Below, one piece after another: positions 32,719-41,610 of a DNA stretch of 64,000 bases. The notes under the pieces were generated by a model. It was not told the origin of the DNA and did no database searches. It was given only the letters and a program-made list of their open reading frames with translations. This DNA is from an uncultured Trueperaceae bacterium (lineage in GTDB: Bacteria; Deinococcota; Deinococci; Deinococcales; Trueperaceae): assembly GCA_963815215.1 (NCBI GenBank), contig CAWFFU010000011.1:256001-320000 (forward strand). The letters are read 5' to 3'. Within the stretch, counting starts at the first letter, position 1, and each line of letters starts with the position of its first letter. The translations under genes and the position numbers were made by a program.

Positions 32719-33720
32719 ATGGCGCAGATGAGCAACCAGCCGAGCCAGACACCTACACGGCGCACCCGCCGCCCCGGTCGGCATGCCATGATCGGTTTCT
32801 CCGCCATGCTGGCCGCGCTGCTGCTGGCCACCGGCTGTTCGGGCGTGGCCACCGAGCCGCCCCAGGCGGTCACGAACGCCACGGATGTCAGACCGATGTT
32901 CGGCGCCTTCACTTACGGCGGCGTCTGGCAGGGCATGCAACCCGTCCACCAGCTCGAGGACCTGCTCGGCCGAAAGCTCGACGTGGTGCACTGGTTCATG
33001 AGCTGGGACACGCCCTATGACGTTGCGCTGGTCGAGTCCGCCATGGCCGGCGGACGCCTGCCGATGATCACCTGGCAGCCCTACCACCAGTCCGTCAGCG
33101 ATATCGCCGCCGGCACCTACGACGACCTCATGCGGAGCTTCGCTCGCGGTGTACGCGCGACGCCCGGCCTCGTCTACGTGCGGCCCTTCCCCGAGATGAA
33201 CGGCGACTGGGAGCCGTGGAACGGGCAGCCCGCCGAGTTCGTGAAGGCGTGGCGTCGCATGGTCGACATCTTCCGCGCAGAAGGCGCCGACAACGTGCGC
33301 TGGGTGTGGTCGCCGAACATCACCGACCAGCCCCGCACGACCGCCAACGCCATGGAGAAGTACTACCCGGGCAGCGCCTACGTCGACGTCCTCGCCCTGG
33401 ACGGCTACAACTGGGGCACGTCGCAGGGCTGGAGCCAGTGGCGTAGCTTCGACCAGATCTTCGCCGAACCCTATGCCCGCATCACCGCTCTGGGCCCCCA
33501 GCCGGTGTGGGTCGCCGAGGTCGCCTCGACCAACAAGGGCGGCGACAAAGCGGCCTGGGTCGCGAACATGCTCAGCAGCACCAAGTTCCCTCGCATCCGC
33601 GCGCTGATCTGGTTCAACGAGAACAGCGACCTGGATTGGCGCCTGGACAATTCGCTGGCCGTCATCCAGGCCGCTCGCGCGAGCCTCACCCCGAGTCTGC
33701 AGACGACCGCCAGCCGCTGA
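32719..33720 (+). CDS. Glycoside hydrolase family 26 lipoprotein
   Basis: Lipobox LATGC; PMITWQP, IAAGTYD, RPFPEMNGDWEPW (acid/base Glu), WVWSPN, YYPG..YVDVLALDGYN, VAEVAS (nucleophile). Start 32713, 32719 or 32728. Confidence 0.9.
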   Translation: MAQMSNQPSQTPTRRTRRPGRHAMIGFSAMLAALLLATGCSGVATEPPQAVTNATDVRPMFGAFTYGGVWQGMQPVHQLEDLLGRKLDVVHWFMSWDTPYDVALVESAMAGGRLPMITWQPYHQSVSDIAAGTYDDLMRSFARGVRATPGLVYVRPFPEMNGDWEPWNGQPAEFVKAWRRMVDIFRAEGADNVRWVWSPNITDQPRTTANAMEKYYPGSAYVDVLALDGYNWGTSQGWSQWRSFDQIFAEPYARITALGPQPVWVAEVASTNKGGDKAAWVANMLSSTKFPRIRALIWFNENSDLDWRLDNSLAVIQAARASLTPSLQTTASR

Positions 33721-33787
33721 GGCTAGCCGGCCGAGCCCTTCGCGTCTCTGTCTCTGAACACGACCGCGCGCGCCACGCCACTTCGCG

Positions 33788-36595
33788 TCAGCGCGCGCTG
33801 GCCGTGTCCGTCGGCGCCACGACGGCGCGCGAGCCCCCCGAGAACAACCGCTGCTGGACCGCGCTGTACACCGCCCCGTCCTCGACCCCGTTCGCCGCCA
33901 CGATGGCGCTGCTGCGCCGGTACGCGGCGGCGAGGTCGAGCTTGCCGGAGGCGACCTCGCCGCTCAACGCCACCAGCTGCCGTTCGGGTGCGGCGAGCGA
34001 CGAAGGATCGACCCGGTAGGCGGCGTAGGCGCTGCCGAGTGCGTCGGCCAACGGGCCGAGGTGCACCATGGCCTCCACCGGCCCGCGCAGTTTCGGCGCG
34101 ACCCGGCCGCTGCGCGTTACGCCGTGCAGCGGATTGATGTACAGAGCGTAGGCGACGGCGTCGTCGGTGACGACCGGGCGCGCCAGCGACCACGCCAGTT
34201 TCGCCGCGCCGGCACAGACCGAGAAGTCGGGATCGAAGACGTTGAACGAGCCGCTCAGCAGGTGGGGATTGTACAGCGCGGAGTTCGGATCCTCCGAGAC
34301 CGCCCGCAGCAGCGTCAGCGCGTCGGACGTCATCTGCGACAGTCCCTTGTCGCCGGTCTCCCCTACCGCCAGGGGGTCGAGGTAGGACTCGTTGATCAGG
34401 ACCTGCAGCATGAGGCGCACCGGAACGTCGTAGGTCGAAGCCGCCTGCTCGATGTAGGGCTCGATCGGGGCGAGCCGGCCCAGCATGAGCAGCTCGAACG
34501 GGTCCAGTGGCTGGTAGGCGCCGGCCGAGCCCGGGAGCGGCTGCGGGGCGGCGCTGGGATGCCGTAGGAAGACCGGCCGGCAGTACGCGGACAGCGTGGA
34601 GATCGGCTCGAGCACGGACCCGGTGCCGGAGCCGGCCCTGGAGCCGGCCGCGGAGCCAGTCGCGGACGGCGCGAGAGCGGTCCGTGTCGCGGCACTGTCG
34701 GTCCGGGAGATCACGGCGAAGGCCCCGGGGGCCGCCAGCGCGACCGGCCCTGCCAGCGTGACGCGGACCTGTGGCGCCGTCAGCGACAGCGCAGGGAGCG
34801 GCGAAGAGCGGAGCGGCAGGGCGATCGAAGCCTGGAGCAGCGGGATGGTGGCGCTTTGGGAGCCCGGGCTCAGCAACGCGGGAGCCACCTGCGCGACCGG
34901 CAGCGGCAGGTCGTCGTGTTGCGCCATGTCGAGCGGGGTCGTGCGAGCCAGCAGCCGCTCGATCGCGAGCTGGTCGGCACCCGATGCGGGCGCCAGCGCC
35001 AGGATGGCCACGAACACCACCGACAGGGCGGCGACGATGGAGGCCGCCGTTCCAACGGTGCGGCCGTCGACACCCCGCGTGGTGGGCCGCTCCCACGCCA
35101 CGCCCTGCGTGCGCGTGACCACGCTGCGGCTCGCCGCGCGGCGTTCGGCCAGGAACGCCGGGATCACGCTGGTGGCCGCCGCCACGAAGCTGACGGGGTT
35201 GGCCACCTTGAGAACCATATAGGGCAACCACGTGCTGACCAGCCGTCGACCCGCGAAGCGCGCCGCGGAGCCGCGCCGCCGGCGACCGTCACGCGCCTGC
35301 ACGTAGAAGCCCGAGAAGGTCATGAGGCCGGTCGCTGCCAGGTCCAGCCCGAACCAGGTGGCCAGGATGCGCACCAGGTCGGTCGTTCCGATCGTTCCCG
35401 CCGCGGTGAGGGCCAGCATCACCGGCAGCAGCAGTAGCAACAGCAACCCCAACAGGTTCTCGACTTGCGCAGCCCACAGCGTGAAGCGCACGTTGGAGCT
35501 CATCACCCTGTCGCCCGGATCCCCCAGGACCCGTTTCAGGGCGTTCTGGATGCCGCCGCCGTTCCAGCGTTCGATCTGCCGCAGGTAGCCGCCGACGTGC
35601 GCGGGATCCTCGGTGTACATCAGCGCGTCGCCCACGAAGCGGGCGTTCCCGCCGTGACGAAGCTCGATCACGTCGTGGCGGTCGAAGGCCTCCTCGAAGG
35701 GCAGCTCGGCGCCGTCCACGACGATCCGGAAGCCGCGCCGGGTGAGCTCGGCGGGCGTCAGGCGCTCGTCGTGCCGCGGCACTCGCTGCGCCGTGAGCGT
35801 CAGGTCGTGGTCCTCGGTCTGGGTGTCGGGCGGCATGGGCAGGACGTTGCGCCGCACCACGAAGCCGCAGCCGACCACCGTGTACAGGCGGCTGGCCCCC
35901 CACAGGCCGCCGTCACCCAGCATGCCGGCCTGGCCCCGGCGCAGCACGGCGGCGAAGGCGTACTCGGCCGAGCGACCGGCCGCGATGAAGCGCTGGGTCG
36001 GCCCGGCCCCCTCAGGAACGTAGGACATCACGGACCCGGACTGGAGGGCGTAGTCCTCGAGCACGGGCCGGCCGGCGATCCAACGCAGGCGGTAGAAGTT
36101 CCTCTCGAGCGCGGCGACGAACTCCGGATCGAAGACCGTGTCGCCGTCCACCAGAAGCACGCGCTCGGAACTCAGGATGCGGCTCGCCACCAGGTTGTTG
36201 ATCGCCTCGGACTTGGCCGTCCGCTGCGCGTACACCACCACCGCCACGCCCATGGCGTGATCGTGGTGGCTCCAGCGTTCGAGCGTGGCGCTCAGCCCCG
36301 GGGCACGGCCGGCCGAGTCCAGCTCGAACCCGTGCCCGACCAGGGTCGCGCCGACGACCTCGTGGGTGCGGTCGGTCCCGCCGTTGATGCTGACGATGAG
36401 TTCGTCGGGCAGGCGGCGCTGCGACAGCAGCGACGTCAGCGCCCGCCTCGCTCCGACCTCTTCGTTGTACATCGGCGAGACGACCGCCAGCCTGTCGGGT
36501 CCGCGGACGGGCAGACTACGGTCAGGGACCGTACTGAGCGCTGCGTTGAGAAGGGTTGTGGGCATCCCGGACAGGCCGAAGAAGTTGGGCATCAC
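33788..36595 (-). CDS. Processive GT2 glycan synthase fused to C-terminal lytic-transglycosylase (SLT)-like domain
   Basis: SPMYNEE, KSEAIN, DGDT, TED and QIERW (D,D,D,QxxRW); several TM helices; Pro/Ala/Ser linker; then IEQAASTYDVP..LM.QVLINES.LDPLAVG..GDKGLSQM...FDP..SV.AGA..L. Confidence 0.85.
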   Translation of the reverse strand: MMPNFFGLSGMPTTLLNAALSTVPDRSLPVRGPDRLAVVSPMYNEEVGARRALTSLLSQRRLPDELIVSINGGTDRTHEVVGATLVGHGFELDSAGRAPGLSATLERWSHHDHAMGVAVVVYAQRTAKSEAINNLVASRILSSERVLLVDGDTVFDPEFVAALERNFYRLRWIAGRPVLEDYALQSGSVMSYVPEGAGPTQRFIAAGRSAEYAFAAVLRRGQAGMLGDGGLWGASRLYTVVGCGFVVRRNVLPMPPDTQTEDHDLTLTAQRVPRHDERLTPAELTRRGFRIVVDGAELPFEEAFDRHDVIELRHGGNARFVGDALMYTEDPAHVGGYLRQIERWNGGGIQNALKRVLGDPGDRVMSSNVRFTLWAAQVENLLGLLLLLLLPVMLALTAAGTIGTTDLVRILATWFGLDLAATGLMTFSGFYVQARDGRRRRGSAARFAGRRLVSTWLPYMVLKVANPVSFVAAATSVIPAFLAERRAASRSVVTRTQGVAWERPTTRGVDGRTVGTAASIVAALSVVFVAILALAPASGADQLAIERLLARTTPLDMAQHDDLPLPVAQVAPALLSPGSQSATIPLLQASIALPLRSSPLPALSLTAPQVRVTLAGPVALAAPGAFAVISRTDSAATRTALAPSATGSAAGSRAGSGTGSVLEPISTLSAYCRPVFLRHPSAAPQPLPGSAGAYQPLDPFELLMLGRLAPIEPYIEQAASTYDVPVRLMLQVLINESYLDPLAVGETGDKGLSQMTSDALTLLRAVSEDPNSALYNPHLLSGSFNVFDPDFSVCAGAAKLAWSLARPVVTDDAVAYALYINPLHGVTRSGRVAPKLRGPVEAMVHLGPLADALGSAYAAYRVDPSSLAAPERQLVALSGEVASGKLDLAAAYRRSSAIVAANGVEDGAVYSAVQQRLFSGGSRAVVAPTDTASAR

Positions 36596-36796
36596 GAAGT
36601 CCTATCCGTTGGAGCTCTTCCACTCGAGGGCGGCGGCGGGGGCGGGGCGCCGCACTTTCGTCGCGCCTGTCGGGCCGCGACGACCCGCTGTGAAACCTCT
36701 CGCTCTCTATGTAACACTGCTCTCCCCGCCCTGTTGTCCAGCCGTCACAGCCCTGTGCGCTGGGTGGTTTACGATCGTGTGATTTGGGAGGTGCGC

Positions 36797-37420
36797 ATGG
36801 CACTTCACATCAGCGGTAAGCTCGTGGCCGTAGGCCTCGTCCTGGCCGCACTGATCACCGCATTCAGCGCCCCCCGCAGCGTACAGAACGCGGGTGTCGC
36901 CTTGACCCTCACCCCAACCGCCACGGTCCTCACCACGCCTGCCTCGCCGGCGCCGCTGCGGGCCGGGTCGGTCGGGCCCGAGGCCAATCCTGTGTTCACG
37001 CTGCGGGCCACGGGTTACAACTCGATGGTCGACCAGACCGACGCCACCCCGTTCATCACCTCGACTGGACAGCGTACCCGTTTCGGGATCATCGCGGTGA
37101 GCCCTGACCTACTGGCCCACGCCCTGCCGTACGGCAGCCTGGTGCGCATCCGGGACCTCGGCAACTACTACACCGGCCGCGGCTACGGGCACTACCAGAG
37201 CCTGCTGGACGGCCAGGGACTGTTCATCGTCGAGGACACCATGCACTACCGCAAGCGCGATCAGATCGACATCTGGTTCAGCGACTACGCCAGCGCGGTG
37301 AACTGGGGCATGCGCAAGGTGAGCGTCGAGGTCATCCGTTATGGGCGCAACGGCCCCAAACTCGAACCCTCGCGTGCCAACGACTTCAGCGGGACACCGC
37401 AACTGTTCGCCTCGCGCTGA
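36797..37420 (+). CDS. 3D-domain (MltA-like Asp-Asp-Asp) cell-wall protein
   Basis: GGGAGG SD; N-terminal TM/signal; ATGYNS..QTD.TPFITSTG, IIAVSPDL, LPYGS.V, VEDTM, QIDIW. Confidence 0.85.
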   Translation: MALHISGKLVAVGLVLAALITAFSAPRSVQNAGVALTLTPTATVLTTPASPAPLRAGSVGPEANPVFTLRATGYNSMVDQTDATPFITSTGQRTRFGIIAVSPDLLAHALPYGSLVRIRDLGNYYTGRGYGHYQSLLDGQGLFIVEDTMHYRKRDQIDIWFSDYASAVNWGMRKVSVEVIRYGRNGPKLEPSRANDFSGTPQLFASR

Positions 37421-37561
37421 CGGCGCCGACCGGCCGCACTCGCAGCGATCGGTCCTCAACCCGCGGCCCCGGACCGCAGTGACGTCCGCGGATGTGGCGC
37501 GCGCGGCCGGCACGGGCCGGGGGCGTCTCCGGCAGCCTCAGGCCGCACGGTAGACTGGCCC

Positions 37562-38743
37562 GTGCGGAGCCTCGTACCGTACCTGGCGTGGCGGCACGTC
37601 CGCCGACGCGGCCTGCAATCCGGCCTCACCGTGGTCGGCGTGGCGGTCGGCGTCATGGTCCTGATCGTCGCGCTGTCGCTGACCAACGGCTTCGTGGACG
37701 AGCTGATCCGCAGCACCCTGAAGGCCACCCCCATGCTCACGCTCGAGAGCTACATCTCCGGGCAGACGGTGCCGAACGACCCCGCGGTCGGCCGGGCCCT
37801 GGCGGGTCGCCCGTCGGTCACTGCGGTCGCCCCCTTCCTCAGCACCCAGGCGCTCATCGCGCGGCGCGCCAGCGCCAGCCTCGGGATCACCGCCCGGCAG
37901 GGCTACACCCAGATCGTGGGCATCGACCCGGCGCAGGAGACGCAAGTCCTCGACCTGCCGATCCTCCAGAAGCAGGCGACGGCCCTGGCCCGGCGGGACG
38001 GCATCGTGCTGGGCGCCTCGCTGGCGCAGCAGCTCGGCGTGATCGCAGGGGACAAGGTGGTGCTGCGCGACATCACGGGCCACACCGCCGAGCTCACCGT
38101 GGCAGGCACCTTCCGCGTCGGCAACGAGCTCATCGACGGGATCGCGTCGTACATGTCGCTGGCCAACCTGCAGCAGTACATGCACGTGGGGGACCGGATC
38201 AGCGGCTACCACTTGCGACTGGCCGACCCGCAGCGCGCTTCGGCGCTCGGTGTGACGCTCGGCGACGCCTTCGGCCTGCGCCCGGTCTCCTGGGACAGCC
38301 TGTTCGCCAACCTCATCAGCCAGCTCCGCCTGCAGAAGGCGGTCATCGCGGTGGTGGTGTTCCTCATCGTCCTTGTCGCCGCCATGGGGATCGCCAATAT
38401 CCTGGTGTTGACGGTATCGGAGAAGACCGAAGAGATCGCCATCCTGCGGGCGCTGGGCGCTACCGAGCGGCAGGTGCTGGCCGTCTTCACGCTGGAGGGG
38501 CTGCTGCTCGGCGCCACCGGCACGCTCCTGGGAGCCCTCCTCGGGCTGGGCGTGAGCACCTACTTCCGTCTGCAGCCCTACCCCCTGCCGGGCAACCTCT
38601 ACTTCATCACCCAGCTCCCCGTGCAGCTCCAGCCGACCGACGTGCTGTGGGTATGCGCGCTGTCGATCGGCACCAGCGTGCTCGCCGGGCTCTTCCCCGC
38701 GCGGCGCGCGGCCAACCTCGACCCCGTCGACGTCCTGCGCTGA
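37562..38743 (+). CDS. LolC/E (FtsX-like) ABC transporter permease
   Basis: GVAVGVMVLIVALSLTNGF, VSEKTEEIAILRALGA, LYFITQLP, PARRAANLDPVDVLR. Confidence 0.88.
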   Translation: MRSLVPYLAWRHVRRRGLQSGLTVVGVAVGVMVLIVALSLTNGFVDELIRSTLKATPMLTLESYISGQTVPNDPAVGRALAGRPSVTAVAPFLSTQALIARRASASLGITARQGYTQIVGIDPAQETQVLDLPILQKQATALARRDGIVLGASLAQQLGVIAGDKVVLRDITGHTAELTVAGTFRVGNELIDGIASYMSLANLQQYMHVGDRISGYHLRLADPQRASALGVTLGDAFGLRPVSWDSLFANLISQLRLQKAVIAVVVFLIVLVAAMGIANILVLTVSEKTEEIAILRALGATERQVLAVFTLEGLLLGATGTLLGALLGLGVSTYFRLQPYPLPGNLYFITQLPVQLQPTDVLWVCALSIGTSVLAGLFPARRAANLDPVDVLR

Positions 38744-39375
38744 TGGACCGGAGCGCTCCGCTCGACCGGGACCGGGCCTGGACCTACTTGCTCGATCTGC
38801 TGACGCGGCGCGACTACACCGAGGCCGAGCTGCGGGCCAAGCTACAGCGCAGGAAGGTGGACGCCGACGTCGCCGACACTCTGCTCGCGCGTTTGCGCGA
38901 GCTCGGTCTGGCCGACGACGCACGCTACACCGAACACTACGTGGCCTCGCGCCGGCGCTCCCGCGGCCGCCTGGCGCTGCGAACGGAATTGCGCCGCAAG
39001 GGCGTCGACCCCTCTGTCGTCGAGCGTGAGCTCGAGCCGCTCACGGAAGGGCAGCAGCTCGAGGCGGCGGCGGCGCTGTTGCGCCGCTTCGCCTGGCGCT
39101 ACCAGCCCGGCAGCACGCGCCGGCGGCGCACCGCGACCCACGCCCAGGAACCCGAGAAGGAATCCGCGTCGGCGCCCGGCACGCCGTCGGGCTCGGGTGC
39201 CGACGCGGGCCGGGACGCGAGCCGGGACGGGGGCCGCGACGCGGAGGCGCAGGCGCGACGCGACGCCCTCGCCGAACGCGCCCGCGCCTTCGCCTTCCTG
39301 GCCCGGCGCGGCTTCACCGGCGCGGTGGCCGGCGACGCGATCCGCGTGCTCGGCTGGTGGCAGGACGCGTCCTGA
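38743..39375 (+). CDS. recX: Regulatory protein RecX
   Basis: LL.RRDYTEAELRAKL, L.DDARY, G..ALRTELRRKGV, AFLARRGF; low-complexity insert before the last repeat. Confidence 0.85.
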   Translation: MDRSAPLDRDRAWTYLLDLLTRRDYTEAELRAKLQRRKVDADVADTLLARLRELGLADDARYTEHYVASRRRSRGRLALRTELRRKGVDPSVVERELEPLTEGQQLEAAAALLRRFAWRYQPGSTRRRRTATHAQEPEKESASAPGTPSGSGADAGRDASRDGGRDAEAQARRDALAERARAFAFLARRGFTGAVAGDAIRVLGWWQDAS

Positions 39376-39416
39376 GCGGGCCGCTGCGGGGCGCGTCGAA
39401 GCCGGCGCCGCGCGCC

Positions 39417-39445
39417 TTGACCCCCCGGCCCGGGGCTAGTAGAGT
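39417..39445 (+). promoter_or_regulatory. tRNA-Pro promoter
   Basis: TTGACC, 17 nt, TAGAGT. Confidence 0.7.
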
Positions 39446-39457
39446 TGTTAGTTGCGT

Positions 39458-39535
<78 letters not shown>

Positions 39536-39537
39536 AC

Positions 39538-39573
39538 CGCGGGACCTCCACTCGAACGGAGGTCCCGCGTTCT
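39538..39573 (+). terminator. Hairpin downstream of tRNA-Pro
   Basis: CGCGGGACCTCC / GGAGGTCCCGCG 12-bp stem followed by TTCT. Confidence 0.65.
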
Positions 39574-39612
39574 CATCGCGCATTCTCGCGCCCCGTTCGC
39601 GCGCCTCGTTTC

Positions 39613-40044
39613 TCAGGGCTCGCTCCCCGTCGGCGCGTCGAGCAGCGCCAGCGTGCAGCGTGAGACGCACACCAGCCGTCCCGCCTCGTCGCGGATCTCC
39701 ACGCTCCACAGCTGGGTGCTTCGCCCCAGGTGGAGTGGCGTCCCCACCGCCGTCAACGTCCCGTCTCGCACCGACCGCAGGTGGTTGGCGTTGATCTCCA
39801 GGCCCACCGCGCGCCGGCGCGCGGTGTCGATGCTCACCGTGGCGCCGTAACTCGCGACCGTCTCGGCCAGCGCCACGGACGCCCCACCGTGCAGGATGCC
39901 GTACGGCTGGTGGTGCGCCGGGGTCACCGGCATGGTGGCCACGACCCGCTCCGGGGTCGCCTCCGTGATGACGATGCCCAGCGTCTCCATCAGTGTGTCG
40001 GGCTGCGTTCCGAGGATCGGGATGGAGCGGGCGTGCTCGGCCAT
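39613..40044 (-). CDS. PaaI/MenI-type hotdog thioesterase
   Basis: [36 protein letters not shown]. Confidence 0.92.
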   Translation of the reverse strand: MAEHARSIPILGTQPDTLMETLGIVITEATPERVVATMPVTPAHHQPYGILHGGASVALAETVASYGATVSIDTARRRAVGLEINANHLRSVRDGTLTAVGTPLHLGRSTQLWSVEIRDEAGRLVCVSRCTLALLDAPTGSEP

Positions 40045-40134
40045 GCTGCCAGGCTACACCTTGCTATACTGTCCGCCGTTGACCCGGGCGGGAGGTGACA
40101 TCACCGCCCCGGGCGCTCTCTCGAGGAGGCCCCC

Positions 40135-41052
40135 GTGTCCCGTGCCAACAGCATCCTCCCTCCAACCACGCTGGGCCCGACGCTGCTCGCCGGCGTGGCG
40201 CTCGGGCTCGTCGCCGCGCTCGGCAACGGGCTGTTGTGGCGGCTGTCGCAGTTCGGGCGGCACCCGTACCCGGTGTTGCCGGTCACGCTGGTCGTCCTGT
40301 TCGGGTTGCTGTTCACCGGCCTGCTGATCGATCTGACGTCGGGACTGCGCGCCCGCCGGGCCGCCGTGGCCCTGCTCGCCGCGCTGGCCGCGGGAACCCT
40401 GGCCGCGATCGTCGTGCCCTTCGCCGAACCGCGCTACGCTCTGGCGCCCCTCGCTGCTGTGGCCGCGGCGGCGCTTCTGCGCTCGGGCGCGCGCCGGAAC
40501 TCGGTGATGCTCGGCGCCATGGCCGTCTACGTAAGCTGCACCCTGCTGGCCAACTACACGTTCGACAGCTTCCTTCCCGTCGGGGGGTTCTTCCTGCTCA
40601 ATGTCGGCACCCTGTTCTTCGGCGTCACCTTCACGCAGCGCGATCGCGTCCACGGCTTCGGGCGTCGGGCCGTGTACGCCATGATCCTGGCCGCCGCCGT
40701 CGCCAACGTGGCGCTGTCATCGCACCTGGGGACCCCGCTGCGCTACGTGGCGGTGAGCTTCCTGTCGATCGTACTGTCCGAGACGGCCGACACCGAGATC
40801 TACCAGCGCCTCATCCACCGCCGCTGGATCACCCGCGTGGCCACCTCCAACGCCGTCAGCGCTCCCATGGACACCCTCATCTTCACGTTCCTGGCGTTCC
40901 TGGGGCAGGACTTCGCCACACCCCGCTGGTTCGTGCAGGTGATCGCCACGGACATCGTCGTGAAGTACGCCAGCAGCATGATCGCCGCCACCCGAATGCT
41001 CGATCTGCCGAAGGTGCTGGCACGGCGCGCCGCATCGATCGACGCCCCCTGA
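40135..41052 (+). CDS. Queuosine-precursor transporter, VUT/YhhQ family, with extra N-terminal TM helices
   Basis: LLANY...GTLFFGVTFTQRD, SETADTEIY, RVATSNAVSAPMDTLIF.FLAF, VKY; GAGGAGG SD. Confidence 0.75.
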   Translation: MSRANSILPPTTLGPTLLAGVALGLVAALGNGLLWRLSQFGRHPYPVLPVTLVVLFGLLFTGLLIDLTSGLRARRAAVALLAALAAGTLAAIVVPFAEPRYALAPLAAVAAAALLRSGARRNSVMLGAMAVYVSCTLLANYTFDSFLPVGGFFLLNVGTLFFGVTFTQRDRVHGFGRRAVYAMILAAAVANVALSSHLGTPLRYVAVSFLSIVLSETADTEIYQRLIHRRWITRVATSNAVSAPMDTLIFTFLAFLGQDFATPRWFVQVIATDIVVKYASSMIAATRMLDLPKVLARRAASIDAP

Positions 41053-41123
41053 GCGGACGTCGCCGCTGGTAGGCTGTCATGAGGCCCGACGCCGCCGTGA
41101 CGGGCGGACCCGATAGGAGCTCC

Positions 41124-41585
41124 ATGGCCACCATGACCTTCGCCGACTTCCGGGACGCAGCGGGGCGCGATCTCGGCGTCTCACCCTGGATCGGCATCGA
41201 CCAATCTCGCATCGACGCCTTCGCCGAGTGCACCGACGATCACCAGTGGATCCACGTCGATGCCGAACGCGCGGCCGCCGGCCCGTTCGCCACCACGATC
41301 GCCCACGGCTACCTGACGCTCTCATTGCTGGTGCCGATGCTCGAGGGCGTGGGCGCGTTCCCCGGGGACGGGACCACCGTCGTCAACTACGGCCTCGACC
41401 GGCTGCGGTTCCTCTCACCGGTACCGTCCGCTTCTCGGGTACGCCTGCATGCCCGCGTCGCCGACGTGCGGCCCAAGGGCGACGACCGCCTGCTGGTGAG
41501 CTTCGACTGCGACGTGGAGATCGAAGGCCACGACGGCCCGGCTCTCGTCGCTCAGGTGCTGCACCTACTGGTGGCGCCCACCTGA
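41124..41585 (+). CDS. MaoC family dehydratase
   Basis: FAECTDDHQWIHVD, TIAHGYLTLSL, NYGLDRLRF; AGGAG SD before ATG 41124. Confidence 0.9.
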   Translation: MATMTFADFRDAAGRDLGVSPWIGIDQSRIDAFAECTDDHQWIHVDAERAAAGPFATTIAHGYLTLSLLVPMLEGVGAFPGDGTTVVNYGLDRLRFLSPVPSASRVRLHARVADVRPKGDDRLLVSFDCDVEIEGHDGPALVAQVLHLLVAPT

Positions 41586-41610
41586 GTGCGCCTGGGCGGT
41601 GGGCGCTCGC

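Noticed and set aside
36689..36704. CRP/DdrI-like site TGTGA-N6-TCGCT between the GT2 and 3D genes
   Set aside because: Second half-site is weak; cannot be distinguished from chance.
35465..36796. Long N-terminal extension of the 651-aa ORF 35465-37420
   Set aside because: Antisense to the GT2 gene; the real 3D-domain gene starts at ATG 36797 after GGGAGG.
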